Origin: Acaryochloris marina S15
Lineage (GTDB): Bacteria > Cyanobacteriota > Cyanobacteriia > Thermosynechococcales > Thermosynechococcaceae
Direction: 5' to 3'
NCBI RefSeq assembly: GCF_018336915.1
Contig: NZ_CP064923.1
Coordinates: 4,020,001 to 4,052,000 of the forward strand
Length of the DNA: 32,000 nucleotides
How positions within the stretch are numbered: position 1 is the first letter of the stretch; every line of letters starts with the position of its first letter. Made by a program: the position numbers and the translations under genes. This document shows positions 25,722-32,000 of the stretch, in pieces. Below the pieces are notes generated by a model. It ran no database searches. It was given only the letters and a program-made list of their open reading frames with translations, and was not told where the DNA came from.

Positions 25722-27170
25722 ATGATTACCCAGTCTCGTCCTCAACAATCTCCGCAAGCCTGGTATGGCATGTTTGCCCAGGCTGCACCAGAATTTTCTA
25801 CAACCCAGCTACCTATCTTGTCCGGGGCTATACCCAAAGACCTCAAAGGCTCCCTCTATCGCAATGGACCAGGGCGTCTAGAGCGCGGCGGGCAACGAGT
25901 CGGCCATTGGTTCGATGGAGATGGGGCTGTTTTAGCAGTGCATTTCGGTGGTACCCAGGCATCCGGAGTCTATCGCTATGTGCAAACGGCGGGCTACCAG
26001 GCCGAAGAACAGGCCGATCAATTCCTGATGGGAGGCTATGGGATGCTAACCGCCGGGTCCCTATGGCGACGATTGCGGCAGGGAGCGACCAAAAATGCAG
26101 CCAATACCTCTGTGCTTGCGCTTCCCGATAAGCTCTTGACCTTATGGGAAGGGGGACATCCCCATGCTTTGGACCTAGCCTCTCTAGAAACCCAAGGATT
26201 AGATGACTTAGGATTCCTAGCACCGGATCAGTCCTTCTCCGCCCATCCCAAACGTGATCCGCTCAGTGGAGAAATCTCTAACTTTGGGGTTAGCTACGGC
26301 AAGCAAGGTCAACTGCATATCTATCGTTGCTCAGCAGAGGGCAAAGTCAAACGTCAAACCCAAATTCCCCTTAAGGGCCTACCGATGATTCACGATTTTG
26401 TGATGGCAGGGCCTTACCTGATTTTTTGTATTTCTCCCGTCTCCATGAATCCGTTGCCGTTATTGGCACAGATGAAGAGCTATAGCGATTGCCTCCAATG
26501 GAAACCTCAACAAGGCACTCAAATCTTAGTGATTGATCGCGAGTCCCTAGAAGTAGTCAGCCAAGGAGAAGCTGATCCCTGGTATCAATGGCATTTTGGA
26601 AATGGCTATATCGATGACCAAGGACACGTGATCATCGATTTCGTCCGCTATGCCGATTTCAGCACGAATCAGTTCCTGAAAGAAGTCGTCAGTGGTCATC
26701 CACAAACCCAAGCAGACGGTCAACTCTGGCGACTCCATCTTGATCCCCGAACTGGCAAAGTTTTGGAGACCTATGCCCTGATAGATCGGACAGGTGAGTT
26801 TCCCATAGTTGATCCCCACCAGGTCGGACTGGCCCACAGTCATACCTACCTCTCCACTCGCCCCGCATCAGATCCGACCACAGAGCTATTTCGAGAGATT
26901 GTCTGTTTCGATCACGCTTCTCATCGACTGAGCAGCATTCAAGTCGGTGAACAAGCCTACTGCAGCGAACCCATCTATGCCCCCGAGCCTGGACAACCTA
27001 GACAAGGTTGGATTATCTCTGTGGTCTACCAAGCCGCATCCCATACCAGTGAGGTATGGATTTTGGCTGCAGATCATTTAGAGGATGGTCCTATTTGCCG
27101 CTTGGGGTTACCCAGTGTAGTCCCCATGGGATTTCATGGCACCTGGCAACCTAGCCCATACCCCAGCTAA
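25722..27170 (+). CDS. Carotenoid cleavage oxygenase (RPE65 family; apocarotenoid-15,15'-oxygenase-like)
   Basis: 482-aa ORF. The four iron-ligand His contexts of the family are all present: FSAHPK, MIHDF, WHFGN, GFHGTW. A good Shine-Dalgarno sequence precedes the start. Confidence 0.9.
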   Translation: MITQSRPQQSPQAWYGMFAQAAPEFSTTQLPILSGAIPKDLKGSLYRNGPGRLERGGQRVGHWFDGDGAVLAVHFGGTQASGVYRYVQTAGYQAEEQADQFLMGGYGMLTAGSLWRRLRQGATKNAANTSVLALPDKLLTLWEGGHPHALDLASLETQGLDDLGFLAPDQSFSAHPKRDPLSGEISNFGVSYGKQGQLHIYRCSAEGKVKRQTQIPLKGLPMIHDFVMAGPYLIFCISPVSMNPLPLLAQMKSYSDCLQWKPQQGTQILVIDRESLEVVSQGEADPWYQWHFGNGYIDDQGHVIIDFVRYADFSTNQFLKEVVSGHPQTQADGQLWRLHLDPRTGKVLETYALIDRTGEFPIVDPHQVGLAHSHTYLSTRPASDPTTELFREIVCFDHASHRLSSIQVGEQAYCSEPIYAPEPGQPRQGWIISVVYQAASHTSEVWILAADHLEDGPICRLGLPSVVPMGFHGTWQPSPYPS

Positions 27171-27191
27171 GGAAGAGAAAACCGAAGTACA

Positions 27192-29498
27192 ATGCTACAC
27201 ACCTCAGAATTAATATCTTCACTAAAAGAGTGTGGGATAGTAACTGAGGCCTGCAATACTTCTTCAAGTGCAAATTTGTCTATGCCCAAATTCCCTTTGC
27301 GTCGGTCTAAAGCCAAAACGGCCAGTACCGAAGAGACTCCTGGATTAGGCACATTTGCTGGTGTTTATACCCCCTCCCTGCTGACCATCCTAGGCGTCAT
27401 TATGTACCTACGCTTCGGTTGGGTCGTGGGCAATGTTGGCCTCTTCAATACCCTAGTGATCGTCACCTTAGCCACCTCGATCACTTTTTTAACTGCCCTG
27501 TCTATTTCTGCGATCGCAACGGATCAAGTGGTACGTGCAGGGGGAGCCTACTACATGATTAGCCGCTCTCTGGGCATTGAAACCGGAGGTGCAGTCGGGA
27601 TTCCGCTGTTTTTTGCCCAAGCCGTCTCTGTAGCGCTATACACCATTGGCTTTGCCGAAAGTCTAGTCCGCATTTTCCCCAACCTCAATCAAACCTTAGT
27701 GGCAGTCGTGACCACTTTGTTCGTTGCAGGTCTGGCTCTCAAATCGGCTGATATTGCCATCAAAGCCCAGTTCGGAATTATGGCAGCGATTGCAGTATCG
27801 CTGGTCTCTTTTGGGTTTGGTCATCCAGTTCCCGTCGAAACAGGGGCAGACGCCATTCCCCAAGCCAAAGGTTTTTGGGAAGTTTTCGCCGTCTTTTTCC
27901 CAGCGGTTACCGGGATCATGGCTGGTGTAAGTATGTCAGGAGATTTAAAAGATCCAGCCCGATCGATTCCGAAGGGAACTTTGGCTGCGATTGGAACGGG
28001 ATATGTGATCTATATGGTGTTGCCAATTCTCCTCACCATGCGGGCAGAACCTAGCACTCTGATGCAAGATCCTTTGGTGATGCGAAGAATTGCCTTTTGG
28101 GGCGACGCCATCCTACTCGGGGTCTGGGGGGCAACCCTTTCGAGCGCAATTGGCAGTATCTTAGGTGCACCCCGAGTCTTGCAGGCATTGGCACGCGATC
28201 GCATCTTGCCTCGCAGTCTCCGATGGCTGGGAATTGGCAGCGGCCCCAATGACGAACCCCGGCTAGGAACGCTTTTCACCTTAGGAATCGCCTTAGCTGT
28301 AGTCTCCATTGGTGACCTGAATTTAATCGCCCCGGTCCTCAGTATGTTTTTCTTGACCACCTATATGGTCCTGAACGTGGCGGCTGGAGTCGAAAGCTTT
28401 CTTCAGAGTCCCTCTTTCCGACCCACCTTTCGCATCCACTGGATTTTTTCCTTAATGGGCGCATTCGGCTGTATCGCCGTCATGTTTTTGATCAATGGGT
28501 TGGCGACTATTATGGCAGCCCTGATAGTTCTAGCCATTTACCTTTGGCTAGAGCGGCAGCAATTGGAAAGTGCCTGGGGAGATGTGCGGCGAGGGGTGTG
28601 GATGACCGTGGTCCGGATGGGACTGTTCCAGCTGGGCAGTACCCCAGACCCTAAAAACTGGCGGCCCCATATTCTAGTGTTATCGGGCGTGCCCACCCGT
28701 CGTTGGCATCTGGTTCAGGTAGCCTCTGCCCTCACCCACAATCGTGGACTGATTACGGTATCTAGCGTCCTGCCCGTTAAGGGTAGAGATGTGGCCCAAC
28801 AAACCACCATGGAATCTATGGTCAAAGACTATCTGGATCGCAAAGGCGTTAAAGCTTTAGTCCGATTTGTCCGCGATAGCGATCCCTTTGCTGGGGCGGA
28901 ACGTTTAGTCGAAGCGTATGGGCTTGGGGCCTTGGTTCCCAACACAATTCTGTTGGGCAATACGGAAAATGCAACGAGCCGCGATCGCTATTGTCAAATG
29001 ATCGCCCATTTCCATCAGGCTCAACGGAATGTCGCTATTCTGCGCTATCAAGACACCCACCAAAACCGCTTTCCCAACTTTTGTCGCCGGATTGATGTCT
29101 GGTGGGGAGGCTTAAAACAGAATGGCGGGCTCATGCTGATCTTGGCCGACTTACTACGCACCAGTATGGTGTGGCGGCAAACAGAAATTTGGCTCAAGCT
29201 CGTGGTGCCCGATCAGTCTGCAGCTCAAGCAGCTCAGCGCAACTTAGATGATGTCGTCAAGCGGCTGCGTATCCGTGCCGTATCACAGGTCATTATTGCC
29301 AACGATCGTCCCTTCGCCCAAATCTTAAAATCCTCCTCCAAAGGGGCTGACTTAGTCATTCTTGGGATGGCTCGTCCAGACGAACAATTCAGCGAATATT
29401 ACGAGAGTTTACAGACTCGAACCATGGGATTGCCCACCACCTTATTTGTGCTGGCGTCTCAAAATTTGGCCTTTGCTGACGTACTGGAGAAGGAATAG
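27192..29498 (+). CDS. Cation-chloride cotransporter homologue (SLC12/APC superfamily) with cytosolic C-terminal domain
   Basis: 768-aa ORF; an alternative ATG at 27282 gives MPKFPLRR. It has the APC-fold TM core (GTFAGVYTPSLLTILGVIMYLRFGWVVG) followed by the SLC12 C-terminal hallmark NWRPHILVLSG and a domain of about 280 aa. Confidence 0.85.
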   Translation: MLHTSELISSLKECGIVTEACNTSSSANLSMPKFPLRRSKAKTASTEETPGLGTFAGVYTPSLLTILGVIMYLRFGWVVGNVGLFNTLVIVTLATSITFLTALSISAIATDQVVRAGGAYYMISRSLGIETGGAVGIPLFFAQAVSVALYTIGFAESLVRIFPNLNQTLVAVVTTLFVAGLALKSADIAIKAQFGIMAAIAVSLVSFGFGHPVPVETGADAIPQAKGFWEVFAVFFPAVTGIMAGVSMSGDLKDPARSIPKGTLAAIGTGYVIYMVLPILLTMRAEPSTLMQDPLVMRRIAFWGDAILLGVWGATLSSAIGSILGAPRVLQALARDRILPRSLRWLGIGSGPNDEPRLGTLFTLGIALAVVSIGDLNLIAPVLSMFFLTTYMVLNVAAGVESFLQSPSFRPTFRIHWIFSLMGAFGCIAVMFLINGLATIMAALIVLAIYLWLERQQLESAWGDVRRGVWMTVVRMGLFQLGSTPDPKNWRPHILVLSGVPTRRWHLVQVASALTHNRGLITVSSVLPVKGRDVAQQTTMESMVKDYLDRKGVKALVRFVRDSDPFAGAERLVEAYGLGALVPNTILLGNTENATSRDRYCQMIAHFHQAQRNVAILRYQDTHQNRFPNFCRRIDVWWGGLKQNGGLMLILADLLRTSMVWRQTEIWLKLVVPDQSAAQAAQRNLDDVVKRLRIRAVSQVIIANDRPFAQILKSSSKGADLVILGMARPDEQFSEYYESLQTRTMGLPTTLFVLASQNLAFADVLEKE

Positions 29499-29635
29499 CT
29501 TTTTCAGTTGAACAGCTTTATATTTTTTACCCTAGTTCTTCCATCGGGGTTCTTGTAGAATGGCGAACTGAGGTGTCAGAAACAGGGTAATTCCGTTCTG
29601 CTCATCCCTGTGAACTTTCATTCTCCTTTCCTGTT

Positions 29636-31219
29636 ATGCCCAAGGTTCTCGTCTCAGATCCAATTGACCCCTCCGGCATTGACCTTTTAGGTCAAGTCGC
29701 CCAAGTCGATGTTAAGACCAAGCTTTCTCCAGAAGAATTAATCCAAATTATTCCTGAGTACGATGCCCTGATGATTCGGTCGGGCACTCAAGTTACAGAA
29801 GCAGTGATTGAAGCAGCCACTCAGCTCAAAATCATTGGTCGAGCTGGTGTGGGTGTCGACAATGTGGATGTACCCACAGCCACCAAAAAAGGGATTGTGG
29901 TGGTGAACTCCCCAGAAGGTAACACCATCGCTGCCGCAGAACATGCTTTAGCCTTAATGCTGTCCCTCTCCCGCCATATTCCCGATGCCAACCAGTCCGT
30001 TAAAGCGGGCAAATGGGAACGCAAAAAATTTACTGGCGTAGAAGTCTATAAAAAAACCCTGGGCGTTGTCGGACTCGGCAAGATCGGCTCCCACGTCGCC
30101 ACAGTTGCCCGGGCAATGGGCATGAAGCTGCTAGCCTACGACCCATTTTTATCCCAAGAACGGGCAGAACAGATAGGCTGCCAGCTAGTGGAGTTAGATT
30201 TCTTATTCCAAGAATCGGACTACATCACATTGCACCTTCCCAAAACACCAGAAACACAGAATTTAGTCAATGCTGAGACCCTCGGCAAAATGAAGTCCAC
30301 CGCCCGCATTATCAACTGTGCTCGGGGCGGCATCATTGACGAGGAGGCTCTCGGCAAAGCCCTAGAATCTGGACAAATCGCCGCCGCCGCCTTGGATGTT
30401 TATGCCAGTGAACCTTTAGGCGACTCTCCCCTTTGCCACCTAGAGCAAGACATCATCTTGACCCCACACCTAGGGGCATCGACTGAAGAGGCTCAAACCA
30501 ATGTGGCAGTGGATGTAGCCGAACAAATTCGAGATGTCCTCTTGGGGCTACCCGCCCGTTCAGCCGTGAACATTCCCGGTTTACGTCCTGACGTATTGGA
30601 AAAACTCAAGCCTTACATGCTCTTAGCAGAGACCCTGGGCAATCTAGTCGGTCAGCTGGCTGGCGGCCGGATTGAATCGTTAGACGTCCGTCTCCAAGGA
30701 GAACTGGCTTCCAATGATAGTCAGCCGATTGTTGTTGCCGCCCTCAAAGGACTGCTATCTCCTGCCTTGAGAGAGCGTGTCAACTATGTGAACGCTGGAA
30801 TTGAAGCCAAAGATCGCGGTATTCGTGTTGTAGAGACCCGCGATGCTTCAGTCCGAGACTATTCTGGGTCGATTCAACTCTCTGCCAAAGGTCCCTCTGA
30901 AACTCGCTCGGTTACAGGCGCCATCTTGGGTGAAGATGAACTACGGATTACCAACATTGATGATTTCCCCATCAATGTTGTCCCTACTCGGCACATGCTG
31001 CTGACGGTACACCGGGATATGCCAGGCATTATCGGCCAAATTGGCTCTCAGTTAGGTAGCTTCAACGTCAACATCGCCAGTATGCAGGTGGGTCGTAAGT
31101 TGGTGCGAGGTTCTGCCGTCATGGTCCTCAGCCTAGATGATCCTTTACCAGAAGGGGTGCTGTCTGAAATCACGAATGTAGAAGGGATTCGGGATGCCTA
31201 TATTGTGAATTTGCAGTAA
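29636..31219 (+). CDS. serA: D-3-phosphoglycerate dehydrogenase
   Basis: 527-aa ORF with the NAD-binding motif GVVGLGKIGSHVA, the catalytic region LTPHLGASTEEAQ, and C-terminal ASB and ACT domains. Confidence 0.93.
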   Translation: MPKVLVSDPIDPSGIDLLGQVAQVDVKTKLSPEELIQIIPEYDALMIRSGTQVTEAVIEAATQLKIIGRAGVGVDNVDVPTATKKGIVVVNSPEGNTIAAAEHALALMLSLSRHIPDANQSVKAGKWERKKFTGVEVYKKTLGVVGLGKIGSHVATVARAMGMKLLAYDPFLSQERAEQIGCQLVELDFLFQESDYITLHLPKTPETQNLVNAETLGKMKSTARIINCARGGIIDEEALGKALESGQIAAAALDVYASEPLGDSPLCHLEQDIILTPHLGASTEEAQTNVAVDVAEQIRDVLLGLPARSAVNIPGLRPDVLEKLKPYMLLAETLGNLVGQLAGGRIESLDVRLQGELASNDSQPIVVAALKGLLSPALRERVNYVNAGIEAKDRGIRVVETRDASVRDYSGSIQLSAKGPSETRSVTGAILGEDELRITNIDDFPINVVPTRHMLLTVHRDMPGIIGQIGSQLGSFNVNIASMQVGRKLVRGSAVMVLSLDDPLPEGVLSEITNVEGIRDAYIVNLQ

Positions 31220-32000
31220 TGCCTGATTCTCAAGGCAATCAAAATCAGTCGGTCACTCCTGCGACTTTACCTCCTAGCCAATGGTGGGAAATTAAAGTTG
31301 TGGGGGTGCCCCTGATAGATGATCTATTGTTTTGGCGACTACAAGAGGAAGGATGCCAAGGCACAGCGAGTCAAGTGGTCAATCAAGAGCTGACTGTTTG
31401 CGGATATCTGTCCCTGGACCGGGTCCAATCGATTGATCTGCAAAAAATTGCCACGCGCTTACATCAGGATGTTCAATCCGTGGGACATCCTGCCCCAGAC
31501 ATTAGCTGGCAGTTAATTACAGAGGAAGATTGGGCCCATAACTGGCGAAACTATTGGCACCCTCAAGAAGTCGGCCATCGGTTACTGATCTATCCAGCTT
31601 GGCTAGAAGTGCCAGAGCAGTGTGAACGTCTCTTGATTCGCCTCAATCCTGGAGTTGCCTTTGGCACAGGTGCTCATGCAACCACTCAGCTATGCTTACG
31701 AGCCCTAGAACAGCAGATTCAGGAACAATCTAATCCCCTCGCCATCGCTGATATTGGTTGTGGCACCGGTATTCTTTCCATTGCTGCTCTTCTTTTGGGA
31801 GCCAACAAAGCCTATGCAGTTGATCTAGATCCGCTCGCCATTGGTGCAACCCAGGCTAGCCGAAAGCTGAATGGCCTTACGTCAGACCAACTATGGGTTA
31901 CGGAAGGAAGTCTTGACCAAGTGGCACAGCATCTTCAGCATCCAGTCCAAGGGTTTTGCTGCAATATTTTGGCCCATATCATTCTTGACTTAATCCCTCA
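31219..32000 (+). CDS. prmA: Ribosomal protein L11 methyltransferase (3' end outside the window)
   Basis: This ORF is absent from the track because it runs off the window. Hand translation from the ATG overlapping the serA stop (TAATG) gives ...EEDWAHNWRNYWHPQEVGHRLLIYPAW...LNPGVAFGTGAHATTQLCL...IADIGCGTGILSIAA..., which are PrmA hallmarks. Confidence 0.88.
   Translation, partial: MPDSQGNQNQSVTPATLPPSQWWEIKVVGVPLIDDLLFWRLQEEGCQGTASQVVNQELTVCGYLSLDRVQSIDLQKIATRLHQDVQSVGHPAPDISWQLITEEDWAHNWRNYWHPQEVGHRLLIYPAWLEVPEQCERLLIRLNPGVAFGTGAHATTQLCLRALEQQIQEQSNPLAIADIGCGTGILSIAALLLGANKAYAVDLDPLAIGATQASRKLNGLTSDQLWVTEGSLDQVAQHLQHPVQGFCCNILAHIILDLIP

Noticed and set aside
25655-26223. ORFs at 25655..26131 (+, TTG start) and 25843..26223 (-) overlapping the carotenoid oxygenase gene
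   Set aside because: The products are Arg/Pro-rich and out of frame or antisense to a gene with four conserved His motifs and a good Shine-Dalgarno sequence. They are not credible.
29499-29635. TAGAAT -10-like hexamer and small hairpins upstream of serA; T-run after the transporter stop
   Set aside because: There is no convincing -35 partner, and only a 4-5 bp stem precedes the T-run. This is insufficient to call a promoter or terminator.

Overview
This window looks like a chromosomal segment from a cyanobacterium. Two things support that. I count ten perfect copies of the HIP1 octamer GCGATCGC. The minus-strand order rpmJ-rpsM-rpsK-rpoA-rplQ-truA-rplM-rpsI-rpmE-prfA is the usual cyanobacterial tail of the ribosomal-protein/RNAP supercluster.

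Layout:
- 0-5.9 kb: the ribosomal-protein/RNAP cluster.
- 6.1-9.8 kb: cobalamin-dependent methionine synthase (metH), transcribed divergently from rpmJ.
- 9.8-15.3 kb: an orphan ORF, a glycerophosphodiester phosphodiesterase, a PAS-PAS-GAF-GGDEF-EAL c-di-GMP protein preceded by a very AT-rich 366-bp spacer, and a PAPS-type sulfotransferase.
- 15.3-16.75 kb: an intact 1,432-bp IS with 23-bp terminal inverted repeats and a 9-bp target-site duplication.
- 17.1-19.1 kb: a solo bacterial dynamin-like GTPase (BDLP) with a membrane paddle.
- 19.2-21.1 kb: class-V aminotransferase, ArfB and a GIY-YIG (UPF0213) protein.
- 21.4-24.4 kb: the only clearly accessory stretch. It holds a low-GC acidic orphan ORF, a VapBC toxin-antitoxin pair, an SMI1/KNR4 (SUKH) protein whose 5' end carries a 65/66-identical 66-bp tandem duplication, and a helical-repeat orphan.
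- 24.4-32 kb: YchJ (SEC-C motif), a PadR regulator divergent from an RPE65-family carotenoid oxygenase across a spacer with four TGCATAT half-sites, an SLC12-type cation-chloride cotransporter homologue, serA, and prmA (cut by the window end).

I recognised no rRNA, tRNA or CRISPR array. I do not see an unambiguous new multi-gene system. The best candidates for follow-up are the 21.4-24.4 kb TA/immunity-like islet, the PadR-oxygenase operator architecture and the solo BDLP next to the IS. All family calls come from motif recognition by eye; no database search was possible.
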